64,000 bases of DNA from a virus (Duplodnaviria; Caudoviricetes), in the IMG/VR virus record IMGVR_UViG_3300032295_001098, positions 30,978 to 94,977 of that record; one strand, 5' to 3'. Below the pieces are notes generated by a model that saw only the letters and a program-made list of their open reading frames with translations, made no database searches and had not been told where the DNA came from. Position 1 is the stretch's first letter; every line of letters begins with the position of its first letter. The translations under genes and the position numbers were made by a program. Positions 45,724 to 55,636 of the stretch are shown one piece after another.

Positions 45724-46521
45724 TTAGAACCGACCCCTATTGGGGCGGGCATTAAGTAGCCGATCTCGCATTTTTGCATACTGATCCATTGTCATGTTAC
45801 GGATGTCATCCGCATTCAACGTTTGGTATTCCGTCTGAGTTTCCATTGGCCCTACAGGAGGCGCCGTTACTGGTGCCCCCCTCAAACGACCTTGCTGTTG
45901 CGCAGTCGCCTGTTGGATTGATTCCATAATAGCATTACTTCGGTCACGAAGTACACTAATTGATGTTTCAATCTCATCTTCCGTATTACCCGATACGAGA
46001 TCAATCAATTCAGGGATGATTTCTTCCTGAGTTTCCTGAAGTCGGCGGTTACGGTAAGAATTGATTTCCTGAAGACGGCGCTCTTTTTCAATGATTGCCT
46101 CTTGGGCTTGGCGCTGTCCTTCAATCTCCTCAAAACGACGCTTGTATTCACCGTCAATTTCCTGGAGTTTTACGTTGAACTCTTCTTCACGCTTAAGGAG
46201 TAGTTCCTTGGCGCTTAATTCGTCAACTTCTCGCTGGCGCAAGATGTCGGATTCTTTAGCCGCACGTGCTTCAGCCTCTTTTTTAGCGGCTTCACGTTCG
46301 GCGGAGATTACGCTCATCTGCTCTTCCATGCTCTTTACACGGGTATCCGCTTCTTCAAGACGCTTATACATCTTGTCTTTTTCTTGCTTGCGGATGCTTT
46401 CAACTTCATCTTCGGTAAATACCTTAGAAGTTTTCATTGCCGACTCTACGAACTGTTCCACCATTGGTGCGTCCGCAGGTACGCTGATAATATCCCCTTC
46501 GGGATTGGTATTTCTTGCCAT
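45724..46521 (-). CDS. Capsid scaffolding protein
   Basis: FTEDEV..IRKQEKDK.Y, long coiled coil, MTMDQYAK.R end; lies between portal and capsid. Confidence 0.8.
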   Translation of the reverse strand: MARNTNPEGDIISVPADAPMVEQFVESAMKTSKVFTEDEVESIRKQEKDKMYKRLEEADTRVKSMEEQMSVISAEREAAKKEAEARAAKESDILRQREVDELSAKELLLKREEEFNVKLQEIDGEYKRRFEEIEGQRQAQEAIIEKERRLQEINSYRNRRLQETQEEIIPELIDLVSGNTEDEIETSISVLRDRSNAIMESIQQATAQQQGRLRGAPVTAPPVGPMETQTEYQTLNADDIRNMTMDQYAKMRDRLLNARPNRGRF

Positions 46522-46569
46522 GTCTATTCCTCATGTGTTGTTTGGCGAATAATAACTGTTTTTTTAAAC

Positions 46570-48258
46570 TTAATTGTCTTCGTCTGGGTTACGGCGTTGG
46601 GCGAACCTTGCTCCGTATGCCCGTGAAACTATCTTGTTTACTAACTCTTCTTCAATCGGTGAAACTCCTGGTAAAGGAGCCGCTCCACCGTCTGACGAAG
46701 TTACATTACCATCTCCAGGTGAGGTGGGTGCGGGAGCCGCTCCACCGTCTGGAGTCGCAACCATTCCAGTAGCCAACATAATGGCTTGCTGAATTTGGGC
46801 ACGCATCATGTCAAGAGATCCCTGATCTAGGGCGTCTTCTTGAAGTTCTTCAAAGATTTCAAGCATCTTTTCGTTCGGGAATTCCTCACCAAGTAGACGC
46901 AGAGCGCCACGCTTGGACTCAAGACCAAGAGCCATCTTGGCTTGTACTTCATTGAGTTTGATGAGTTGATCAACAGGCAATGGTTCAGGCCAGTGAACTG
47001 TTGTTTTATAAGTCACAGGGTCACCAGGATTTAACTGCGGTAACTGGTCTGTCTCAGGTTCAGCAGCAAGCAATGGGTTGTAGGTCAACCACTCAGGTTG
47101 GAAGATAGCAACAGTACGAATGATCAATTCGTTTACACGCTCAAGACCCTTTGTAAAGTGGATCTTTTTCATCATGAAACGGTTCATCATTGGCTGGTAT
47201 TGAATAGCCAAAGCAACACCTGAGGTGTTAGACACTGGCTGGAATTGACCCAACGCAGTTTCAGGAACACCTGTCATTTCGTGCATGGTGCGCTTAATAA
47301 ATGCGATGTACTCCAAAGCGCCAGCCATCTCACCACGTGACTCAAGGTTAAACACGTTGGCATCTTTAGGAAGACCTGCCCAAACCTTCTTAGGTCCACG
47401 CTCTAGTTGAGAAGCCTTTGCACCAGTGATGATGGTCACAGGAGCGGCGTGGTAGTTAATGATGTCCGAGACTTCAACCATCTTTTCATTGAGTTCACGG
47501 TTGAGAGGGATGATGTCCCAAATGTCTGACTGACCCCAAGGTGACGACGAGATAGTGGAGTTAGGAATGTGGACAATAGGGATCGTTCCCAAAACGTTGT
47601 CGTACTGGTCAATAAGTTCATCGTTAATAAACTGTTGAACTGTTTCATCAGTGAGAATCTCAGTAAATGTATAAACCTGACGAGTACCTTCTGGTGATGT
47701 TCCCCAGAAACGATACTTAAGTTTGAATCTAATGATTCTGTCACGGTCGTGTGGGTGATACTCAGGGAAGCAATGCGCTGGGTTCAAAGGAATGATGCGG
47801 ACACGACCTTCATGCGGGATTCCAGCAGGGTCAACAAATGGCTCTTCAAAAGCAACTTTGACAAAGGCGTCACCAGTTACAGAAGCAAGTTGACCTAGTT
47901 CCCAAAGAACGTAATGCTTGTTGTTGTCTTGATCCCAAACTCTATGGAGTAGGTGCGGGATAATCGCACCGTTCTGCTCAGGGACTTTAAATTGAACGCC
48001 CTTACCAAAACAAAAGTTGGTGATGTAATCCGACATGGTGCGGACATAGTTCATGTAGAATTGTGACTCACCCATCTCACGGCGGTATGACCAGTGGTGA
48101 CCTAGGTACCAAGCCCAAGCGGCACCATACCTGTTAAGGCGAGGTCCATGGACTTCAAACTCTTCGTCTGCGAGTTCAACTAATCCAAGCGGGGATATAG
48201 CAACTGTTAGGTCGCTTGAAGATGCTCTATATGATGGCGACCAAAAATCAACTGCCAT
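46570..48258 (-). CDS. Portal protein (SPP1-like)
   Basis: NYVR, TGDAFVKV, IPIVHIPN..WGQSDI, SGVAL.IQYQP. Confidence 0.92.
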   Translation of the reverse strand: MAVDFWSPSYRASSSDLTVAISPLGLVELADEEFEVHGPRLNRYGAAWAWYLGHHWSYRREMGESQFYMNYVRTMSDYITNFCFGKGVQFKVPEQNGAIIPHLLHRVWDQDNNKHYVLWELGQLASVTGDAFVKVAFEEPFVDPAGIPHEGRVRIIPLNPAHCFPEYHPHDRDRIIRFKLKYRFWGTSPEGTRQVYTFTEILTDETVQQFINDELIDQYDNVLGTIPIVHIPNSTISSSPWGQSDIWDIIPLNRELNEKMVEVSDIINYHAAPVTIITGAKASQLERGPKKVWAGLPKDANVFNLESRGEMAGALEYIAFIKRTMHEMTGVPETALGQFQPVSNTSGVALAIQYQPMMNRFMMKKIHFTKGLERVNELIIRTVAIFQPEWLTYNPLLAAEPETDQLPQLNPGDPVTYKTTVHWPEPLPVDQLIKLNEVQAKMALGLESKRGALRLLGEEFPNEKMLEIFEELQEDALDQGSLDMMRAQIQQAIMLATGMVATPDGGAAPAPTSPGDGNVTSSDGGAAPLPGVSPIEEELVNKIVSRAYGARFAQRRNPDEDN

Positions 48259-48359
48259 TAGGACATGTGCCCCTATTCAAATTTGTAGGTGTATAAATTG
48301 TAGCCTGAGATAACAATAGCGTGTTGTGAGTCGGTGTGGGAGGAGGTATCGTGGGTGCC

Positions 48360-48533
48360 ATGAAAGTAGACACTTGGAAACTCAAACTAGATTCAGTTCA
48401 ACCAGCAGTATGTGACTTGTGCGGTGGAGAACGCCGTTGGGGTATCGGAAAAGGAAGATTTCACTTTTGTGACAAGCACAATTCGTGGATGACTTACTTC
48501 TTCTTACGGTTCAGAAGTTCTTCAGAAGCGTAA
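48360..48533 (+). CDS. Possible small Zn-binding protein on the opposite strand
   Basis: CDLC...CDKH; TATCGT 7 nt and GGAGGAGG 13 nt upstream of ATG. Confidence 0.4.
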   Translation: MKVDTWKLKLDSVQPAVCDLCGGERRWGIGKGRFHFCDKHNSWMTYFFLRFRSSSEA

Positions 48534-49078
48534 ACGCCAGCCATTTCTTCTCGGCTAGGTGTGATCTTCACGGTCTTTCCTGACTGAGAAACCGCTGGTT
48601 TCATTGGATCTTTTGCAGTTCCAATTGACCAGTCTTGCCCTGAATGTAGGTGTTCTGGAATATCAATGCTTCCAGCGTACCCACCTGTCTCATTGACTTC
48701 ACCAATTGCTTGCTGACGATTACGAGCGCCTTTTGTATAGGCAGTCATAAATCCTTCATCTGTGCGTGGAAGCGCCTCTGAAACGTCCTGAGTGCCCTCT
48801 CCTTTAGAAGGTACCCAACCACCGTGGTACACGTCGCTACCCGTAAGAAGTCCTTTAAACTTCCTTTGGTAACGACTAATGGCACGGGACTGAACAGGGG
48901 CTTTAATGGTTTCTTCTACCCGCTCTTTAGGCAAAGCCACCATGTAGGAGTCTTTAGCCTTAGAGCCAGCGTTTGGACCATAAGCACGGACAGACCAACC
49001 AGAAGAACCTTCTTGGGCGATCTCTGCGTTTACAGATGAGGTAAGTTCCCCAACCTGCTTTTTACGCATTTTTGCCAT
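48494..49078 (-). CDS. Hypothetical phage protein
   Basis: GWSV....SYMVA....YHGGWV...QDVS...A...G..NRQQAI pattern. Confidence 0.65.
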   Translation of the reverse strand: MAKMRKKQVGELTSSVNAEIAQEGSSGWSVRAYGPNAGSKAKDSYMVALPKERVEETIKAPVQSRAISRYQRKFKGLLTGSDVYHGGWVPSKGEGTQDVSEALPRTDEGFMTAYTKGARNRQQAIGEVNETGGYAGSIDIPEHLHSGQDWSIGTAKDPMKPAVSQSGKTVKITPSREEMAGVYASEELLNRKKK

Positions 49079-49344
49079 TACTTTTTAGCGGCGGCTTTCT
49101 TAGCAGGAGCCTTCTTGACAGGTACGTTTGTCATAGCGGCGGCTACTTCTTTAGCGGCTGGGAGGCGACCAAAAGCACCATCGTTAGGGTTGATTGCTCG
49201 CAAGGCTACTGGAGCAAGAGCCGCCAATAGTGAGTAAGCAAGCGTCTGCGGGTCAGTTACACCTGACATGTAGAGAGCAAGACCAGCACCGAGTACTGAA
49301 CGTCCGTACGATGCGAGCATGCCTTTTAGTTGTTCTGTGTTCAT
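49078..49344 (-). CDS. Holin-like membrane protein
   Basis: SYGRSVL, two TM segments, LRAINPND.AFG, basic KKAPAKK tail. Confidence 0.65.
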   Translation of the reverse strand: MNTEQLKGMLASYGRSVLGAGLALYMSGVTDPQTLAYSLLAALAPVALRAINPNDGAFGRLPAAKEVAAAMTNVPVKKAPAKKAAAKK

Positions 49345-49371
49345 AACACTCCTTGAATAGGTTTAGATTGA

Positions 49372-50004
49372 TTATACCGTTTTACGGGTTCTGGTGCTTT
49401 CTTGCCCTTGAACATATGTTTGGTATGGGGGACCTGTATACGGGTCAAACCGAGCCGCAATATTAAGAGCCTTAAGGGCACTCGTTTTAGCCTGCTGGGC
49501 TGTCCACTTCTTTTTGTTCATCATGACCTGTAGGGCACCTAGGGCGTAATGCGCCCCAGACCCTATGGCGTAGATACCACTGGATTCTGAGCACCATGCG
49601 TAATCACCGTCAACCATGTAGATAACGCCATTGACTACCACAATGATGCTGGATCCTTGTTCTGCAATGTGCTGTTTGTTTTCATTGAGGTCTGGGATTG
49701 AGTAACCCTGTGCATCAAAGCACTCACGCAATGAAGGAATGAACTTGGCAGTAAAGAACTGATCAAGTCTTTTTCCTTTTAGATTTGGAGGGACTGCTGG
49801 GGGCTGAAAGACATGGTGCAAGATATTGATTGCACGCACATCTCCAGCCGCTCCTAGCAAGTACTTACCATTAGTAGACACCTTGCTTGAACCTTCACGA
49901 AGTGTTCCAGTTTGAGCAAGACCGTCAGCAAACATAGTTGAGATACGTGAGTCAACACATACCACGGCAAAGCCGTCACCTTGAATGCCAACGATTGTTG
50001 TCAT
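49372..50004 (-). CDS. Proteasome-beta/HslV-like Ntn threonine protease
   Basis: MTTIVG...DSR, K, LGAAGD, AIGSG..YALGAL, A..D.YTG. Confidence 0.85.
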   Translation of the reverse strand: MTTIVGIQGDGFAVVCVDSRISTMFADGLAQTGTLREGSSKVSTNGKYLLGAAGDVRAINILHHVFQPPAVPPNLKGKRLDQFFTAKFIPSLRECFDAQGYSIPDLNENKQHIAEQGSSIIVVVNGVIYMVDGDYAWCSESSGIYAIGSGAHYALGALQVMMNKKKWTAQQAKTSALKALNIAARFDPYTGPPYQTYVQGQESTRTRKTV

Positions 50005-51185
50005 TAGTCTGCTTGGTATTCTTTACCTTGGTACATTCCCCATCCGTTGTAGATAGGAATGACGTCGTAAGAGAAACGGTGTTGGTTGTCATCTTCGTAA
50101 CGAACGATGCCGAGTCCTTGTTGCCAATTTTCATGGCGAGTCAACGGGCGTCCGTCAAGATCTACGCCTCCACGTGTGGACGGAATCGCTCCGTCAATAC
50201 GGGCAAGGCAACCAGGAGAAGCAGCCATAATGGTTCTCGGACCATCAAAGTCTTCACGTGTTTTAAACGCCGTTTCAATGCGATGGATATGTCCATAGAT
50301 AACACTTGTCTTCTCTTGGTTGAGATAGATGTGCGCAGTTGAACCTGACGACTTCACACGATCGCCGTGGATAATTCGGAGTTTCTCATTGACCCAGTAA
50401 TCAGATGCTGGGTATCCTGGCTTGTAAATAACATTGAAATCGTCCATACGACAAAGGTATGGAACACTCAAAACAGGCCATGATTCTGGGGTGTTTCCCT
50501 TGCGCAAACCATAAGCGGCTGATGCATTCACCAAGAGGTACTTAGGCATACGCTCTTCGTGGTTACCAGCAAGCCAAACGATTTCTGCATCAGGAGCCGC
50601 AGAACGCACCTGTGCACAGAACACTGTTGCACGATCAATTGATGCTTGCGTAGTTTGTGCATACGCAGGGTATGTCAAGTACTTACCCATCTCAGGGAAG
50701 TCCAAGTTGTCACCAACACAAATAACAGCATCAGGATTTACTTCTTCAATGATCTTGAGTGCAACACTAAGTGCTTTCTCATCATGAGTTGGCTCTAGTG
50801 TTCCATCACGCCCACGGTAATAACCGATTTGAATGTCAGGAACAACAACACATGTTTTGAATGTTGATGCTTTCTTTACCTTTGCTTTAGGTACTGGCAT
50901 TTTAATTGCAGGACCTTGTGTAACAACAGGCCACTCAGGACCAGTTTCCCACTTAGGAGAAAACTGAATTGCGGCGAGGTCATGAATATGGGCTTCGCCA
51001 TCAGAGTCTTTTGACATTGCTTGGTACAACTTGACACGCTTGATGTCACCAATTTCATTGATGTCAATGTTCTTGCTTTCAAGCATTTCAACTAACTTGC
51101 CAAGCAACTTACTCTTGTCTTGTGGTGCGGTTGTTAACGCTTTTGCTAGTTCACTCATTGTGCATCTCCTTGGTAACAGCAACAC
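50004..51185 (-). CDS. Calcineurin-like metallophosphoesterase (start probably 51158)
   Basis: PDIQ, VGDNLD, GNHEER, IIHGD, GHIHR, NWQQG. Confidence 0.88.
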   Translation of the reverse strand: MLLLPRRCTMSELAKALTTAPQDKSKLLGKLVEMLESKNIDINEIGDIKRVKLYQAMSKDSDGEAHIHDLAAIQFSPKWETGPEWPVVTQGPAIKMPVPKAKVKKASTFKTCVVVPDIQIGYYRGRDGTLEPTHDEKALSVALKIIEEVNPDAVICVGDNLDFPEMGKYLTYPAYAQTTQASIDRATVFCAQVRSAAPDAEIVWLAGNHEERMPKYLLVNASAAYGLRKGNTPESWPVLSVPYLCRMDDFNVIYKPGYPASDYWVNEKLRIIHGDRVKSSGSTAHIYLNQEKTSVIYGHIHRIETAFKTREDFDGPRTIMAASPGCLARIDGAIPSTRGGVDLDGRPLTRHENWQQGLGIVRYEDDNQHRFSYDVIPIYNGWGMYQGKEYQAD

Positions 51186-51454
51186 TCTTTGTTGACGTGT
51201 CGCTGGATCGTACTTATACTCACGTTGTAACCATGTTGACGCATAACTTTAGTAAGCCATGATGCGCTGTATGATTTGCTTTTACCTAAACCGTTGTCCT
51301 CACGAATGAGTTCAATTGCACGGTTTATTGCTTCTTGTTCATCAGCAGACATTTTGTCTACTGTTCTGGTGAACTTGCATGCGTCTGCCGAAAGATTAGT
51401 TCGGGGAGAAAGCAGGGCGTCCAGCAGTGTTATTTTCTGCTCTTGTTGTTTCAC
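51155..51454 (-). CDS. Small HTH-like protein with C-terminal H..C.C
   Basis: LTKVMRQHGYNVSISTIQRH...CCC. Confidence 0.6.
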   Translation of the reverse strand: MKQQEQKITLLDALLSPRTNLSADACKFTRTVDKMSADEQEAINRAIELIREDNGLGKSKSYSASWLTKVMRQHGYNVSISTIQRHVNKECCCYQGDAQ

Positions 51455-51528
51455 AAATACCTAACCTTTTCCAATTCAGAATTACGGTCAGGAATATCCT
51501 AGCACCCAATTCATGGGTGTGTCATGTA

Positions 51529-51765
51529 TCACTTCTTAGCGTCTAGGTGCCAATCAATGTGGTTGTCAAGGCGCTCGGATACGGACTGGACTTTGTCGCC
51601 CACGTTCTCAACACTACGCCTTACAGTTTTTAAATGAAGCATGACCATTCCGTGGTCATTGCGGTTCTCTTTACGGAGTTCTTTTAGTTGCTTAATCCCT
51701 GCGCCGATAGCACCAGCAAGAGTAGTTATGAGAGTAGCGATAATAAGCGCCCATGCATCGGTCAT
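51529..51765 (-). CDS. Single-TM coiled-coil membrane protein (lysis-cassette type)
   Basis: N-terminal TM; RKENRNDH...RLDNHIDWH. Confidence 0.7.
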   Translation of the reverse strand: MTDAWALIIATLITTLAGAIGAGIKQLKELRKENRNDHGMVMLHLKTVRRSVENVGDKVQSVSERLDNHIDWHLDAKK

Positions 51766-51776
51766 AGCAGTCTCCG

Positions 51777-53150
51777 TTAACTCTTGAACTGGTCCCAGTT
51801 GATACCAGGAAGTGATTTGGATGCTTTAGGTGCGGCTTGGCGCTTTTCCTTTTTAGGCTGTGCATCTCTTTGACGAGCATTAAAAGGGGCATCTGCGTTT
51901 GCTTGACGACGCTCTGCCGCCCATACACCTTCTTGAAGCATCATTGCAGGAACTGTAAAGTCAAGACCAAGATCACTTTGTACCTCACGAGCGGCACGGG
52001 AAGTAGCCTCAGCACCAACTGCGTGTTGGATACCTGCAGGGGTGATGTCTTTATTACCAACTCCAACAGCCATTTGACGACCACGCTTGGTCTTCAGTTG
52101 CTTTGTAGAGAGGCTGACATCTCCTGCTACTTTGCGCACTTCCTGTGGTTGCTGACGCTCGTTAGCAAGCATCCAAGAGTCATTAGGGGTCTGAAGTTGG
52201 TTAGACAAGACACCTTCATTACTGGAGCGCAATCCTTCAAAATCAAACATTCCTTGACCAGCGGCTTCTTGACCACGCTTTACCCGTCCAACATGCCCAG
52301 CACGTAACTGGTACTCACGGTGTTCTGGGCTATTTGGAACAGCAAGTTCATGACCCTTACCGTATGAGAACAACTTTGGGTTGTCTGTTGGGGATACAGC
52401 ACGGGTACCTTGAAGGGCTTCATGGGCATACTGAAGGTTTGAGCGCATAGACGTTTTTGCCATATTTGCAACGTCTACACCTTTAGAGTGTTTCTCTACG
52501 GTTCCACGGATTGATGGCTCGGTGATACCTTGCACTACATGACCTGGAAGATCTTTAAAAGCAACTTCTTTACCGTGAAGTTCAGTAGGCACTGTTACTT
52601 TCTGAGAACCTAACGCTTCAACCATCTCAGGTTTAAAATGAACTGAACCACCAGTATGGGCGCTACTTAGAGCAGACAAAGCCGCCTTTTCACTCTCAGG
52701 TTTTGTTTGAATACTTAAACGGCTAGTTGCATTAACAACTCGCTCAATAGGAATGTTCCCACCACCAGTGGTTTCGTCAAGTTCTTTGCGGTGTTTAAAA
52801 TAGAATTCTTGACCAGCAATACTTTCTTCTGGCAACCGAACGTCACCTGTTGTAGCAGAATGAAATGCTTGTTTGCGAGCGCTAACCATGTCATCCATAG
52901 ATAATGGTTTAGAAACCATTTGAGGAGCAGCGGCGGCATAACGCTTTCCTTTTGATTGCATTCCTGGTCTAGGTGACTTCAAACCACGTTCTGCAAGTGT
53001 TGCCATTTGTTGTGGCATCGTCTCAGACACACGGCTAACCATTCCTACAGCGTCTGATTGTTCTTTCTTAGGAAGGTCACCAAATTCAAGTACTCGGTTA
53101 GAAAGGTCTGGACCTGCCTTCTTGGCTTTAGCCTTTTTCTTAGCCGCCAT
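51777..53150 (-). CDS. Large hypothetical protein, possibly degenerate HhH-glycosylase-like
   Basis: FY, RLSIQT, PKLFSY, NDSWM, AAREV...VPAMMLQEGVW. Confidence 0.55.
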   Translation of the reverse strand: MAAKKKAKAKKAGPDLSNRVLEFGDLPKKEQSDAVGMVSRVSETMPQQMATLAERGLKSPRPGMQSKGKRYAAAAPQMVSKPLSMDDMVSARKQAFHSATTGDVRLPEESIAGQEFYFKHRKELDETTGGGNIPIERVVNATSRLSIQTKPESEKAALSALSSAHTGGSVHFKPEMVEALGSQKVTVPTELHGKEVAFKDLPGHVVQGITEPSIRGTVEKHSKGVDVANMAKTSMRSNLQYAHEALQGTRAVSPTDNPKLFSYGKGHELAVPNSPEHREYQLRAGHVGRVKRGQEAAGQGMFDFEGLRSSNEGVLSNQLQTPNDSWMLANERQQPQEVRKVAGDVSLSTKQLKTKRGRQMAVGVGNKDITPAGIQHAVGAEATSRAAREVQSDLGLDFTVPAMMLQEGVWAAERRQANADAPFNARQRDAQPKKEKRQAAPKASKSLPGINWDQFKS

Positions 53151-53608
53151 CAGATGCCATCTTTGTTTTCAGGATTAGCCTCTGCGTACGCACGGGTACC
53201 TTGTGCACGTCGTCGCATTGGGTCTTGTGGGCGGTGGTTCATACGAACACCTGTAGAAGTTTTATTTAAACCAGATCGCATAGGCTTAAACAGATCAAGC
53301 GCATCTTGATAACCAACACCAAGTCCTGACATGTTGCGCTTCATGTCAATACCACCCCTAGGTCCTGGGGTTTTTCCAATTAGTGGATTGCGGTCGCTTG
53401 TACCGTAATCAGGGCGTCGGTACTGTTGATGGGTGTCGTGGAATTGTTGTTTACGGGACCTTACTACCCCCGTAAAGAATCCTGCCCCAGCATAAACTTG
53501 ACCAATCGCTATCCCAGACTGGGTATTAGTAGGGGGAGTCGTTGGACTCCCCCCACTTTCAACAGCGCTGTCAGTTGTGCTGGCGCCTGCATCGGCGCCG
53601 CCTTCCAT
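53150..53608 (-). CDS. Low-complexity hypothetical protein
   Basis: Gly/Arg/Pro-rich, coupled ORF. Confidence 0.6.
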   Translation of the reverse strand: MEGGADAGASTTDSAVESGGSPTTPPTNTQSGIAIGQVYAGAGFFTGVVRSRKQQFHDTHQQYRRPDYGTSDRNPLIGKTPGPRGGIDMKRNMSGLGVGYQDALDLFKPMRSGLNKTSTGVRMNHRPQDPMRRRAQGTRAYAEANPENKDGI

Positions 53609-53610
53609 AA

Positions 53611-54012
53611 CTAGTCGTTAACGACTGTTGGATTCATGCGGTTCATTTTACCGCCGCTGTTTTGCTCGTACTCAAATGCTGGCATGCCGTCGCCTGACAT
53701 TGAACCTTGAACGAATTCTGAAAGAACCGCAGGTGCTTCAATCCATGAAGCCGAACCTACGTGAGCACGCTCACGCATTGTCTCTTCAGGGTACTTGTAG
53801 AACATCTCTGGGTTGTTGTGGTTCTGACGACCAGGAGCCGACGATGGGTCAGCATATGCACCACGAGCAAAGTCGTTAGGTACATCTGTGTCAGTTGCTA
53901 CGCCTTCTTCAAAGCGAAGTGGTCCACGGTTGCCTGGGATACTTGGCGCCATTGAACGCTCAAAAACGTTCGGTGAGCGCTCTGGGAATTGTGGTGCTGG
54001 TGCTACGTTCAC
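53611..54012 (-). CDS. Hypothetical phage protein
   Basis: RGPLRFEEGVATDTDVP, ERAHVGSASW; SD GGAGG. Confidence 0.7.
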   Translation of the reverse strand: MNVAPAPQFPERSPNVFERSMAPSIPGNRGPLRFEEGVATDTDVPNDFARGAYADPSSAPGRQNHNNPEMFYKYPEETMRERAHVGSASWIEAPAVLSEFVQGSMSGDGMPAFEYEQNSGGKMNRMNPTVVND

Positions 54013-54058
54013 GTAAGCCTCCGTAATAGGGGTTTTTTAACTTGTTACTAGAGTACCA

Positions 54059-55618
54059 TTAATTAAAGAATGGATTTTCTGCTACTTGGATCGTAGGCAG
54101 GGTGTCATGCATGGACATGAAACAGGCGATAGCCAAGGAGTCTGGGTAGTCGTCAAAAGCGCCCTTTTCATCAGGTGCTTCAGCCAACATATACGGACCA
54201 CGGTAGGTCTTTTCTAGGTCACTCATCTGCTGATTAAAACGTTTCCATCCACGGGTACGCCGTGCTTTAGAGTGCCCTGGAATTATTAATTGATCTCTCT
54301 GAATCAACTCTGTAAGATGTACCCATCTCTCATGCTGTGCCTTGGAGTCTGATGAGACTGCAACAACATCTATGTCTGGCAGAAGTACTTGGAAGCGTTC
54401 GGCTACAGCACCACCAACACCTTGAGAGTCAATGCCGATTCTGATCGGGTCATAGTTTCTCAAGAAGTCAATGATCTGGAAGTACTGGGATTCCCACTCT
54501 TCGTTGTTAATCTCCAACCAGTTAAGAACACGATGCTCATGGAAGCCGAAAGGGTCTGGATGGTCCCAGTCAACCCAACAGACCGTCACTACGGTGGAGT
54601 CATTAGATCGGGCAACGTCAATACCGACTACTACAGGAGTACGCCACCACTGCTTTACAAGAGCCATAGAGGGGTCATACAGGCGTTCTAAGCGCTCATC
54701 GGTTACAAACATACCTCGGTCAAGCACCCACTTGTTGCAGTAGGACATCTGGAACTCATCTGAGTCCTCACCGATCCGCAACTTCTCCTTGGCAATAAAC
54801 TTGGCGTAGTTAGGGTTGTACTTTGAAGCAACACGGTAGTCATACTCAAAGTGACATGGGCGTGTCTTTTTACCGTTAACCATACGTCGCTTGTTGTATT
54901 GGATCATCTTGTAGAAGTAAGACTTGTTACGGGTAGCCGTTCCTGTCAAACAGATACTGCCGTTGTTAAACGCCAACATCGGTTTAATTGATTTGGCGAT
55001 CATGTACTCGTCGGCTTCCTGAGCCTCGTCAATCATGACGAAGTGGTACGTCTTTGATTCAATCTTTGCCTTTGGGTTACAAGTCTGCATACGGCAGAGT
55101 GAGCCAGAGTGCTTCAAAGTAATGATGCGACCTTTACCACGAGCGCCACCTGAGGTTGCTTTGTCATCAATCTCAGGATCCAGCAAGAAGTCCATTGCGT
55201 GGTCGCTAGTAAGTTTGCCAACGATACGACTGAATACCGTATCTGCTTGGTCTTCTACTGGGGCGAACACGCCACACCAAAAGCCTTTTTCAAACTTGTC
55301 AAGCCATGTTGGATAGACCTTTGCTAACTTAGGTAAGATCACCATGAGCGAAGCCATGACGTTAGAGAGCACCTCAGATTTACCTGACTGACGTGTAGCC
55401 ACTACCGTCATTTCTTCACCGTCACCAAGGATGACAGACTCAATTAATCGGTAGGCAATTGGTACCTGGTACGGGAATAGTTCCACATCGCAGAACTCTT
55501 CGGTAAACACAATGATGCGCTTTACCAGCACGTCTATGAATTCGGCTGAAGTTTCGTCCAGTTCTTCGGCTACGTCCTCGGCTAAGAGGTTATCGTCTAG
55601 TTCTTCGTCTGTTAGCAC
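54059..55618 (-). CDS. terL: Terminase large subunit
   Basis: YQ motif, Walker A RQSGKS, Walker B VMIDEAQ, TGT coupling motif, nuclease VGIDVAR..DST and DDYPDS. Confidence 0.95.
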   Translation of the reverse strand: MLTDEELDDNLLAEDVAEELDETSAEFIDVLVKRIIVFTEEFCDVELFPYQVPIAYRLIESVILGDGEEMTVVATRQSGKSEVLSNVMASLMVILPKLAKVYPTWLDKFEKGFWCGVFAPVEDQADTVFSRIVGKLTSDHAMDFLLDPEIDDKATSGGARGKGRIITLKHSGSLCRMQTCNPKAKIESKTYHFVMIDEAQEADEYMIAKSIKPMLAFNNGSICLTGTATRNKSYFYKMIQYNKRRMVNGKKTRPCHFEYDYRVASKYNPNYAKFIAKEKLRIGEDSDEFQMSYCNKWVLDRGMFVTDERLERLYDPSMALVKQWWRTPVVVGIDVARSNDSTVVTVCWVDWDHPDPFGFHEHRVLNWLEINNEEWESQYFQIIDFLRNYDPIRIGIDSQGVGGAVAERFQVLLPDIDVVAVSSDSKAQHERWVHLTELIQRDQLIIPGHSKARRTRGWKRFNQQMSDLEKTYRGPYMLAEAPDEKGAFDDYPDSLAIACFMSMHDTLPTIQVAENPFFN

Positions 55619-55636
55619 AGACCAATCATAGACTAA

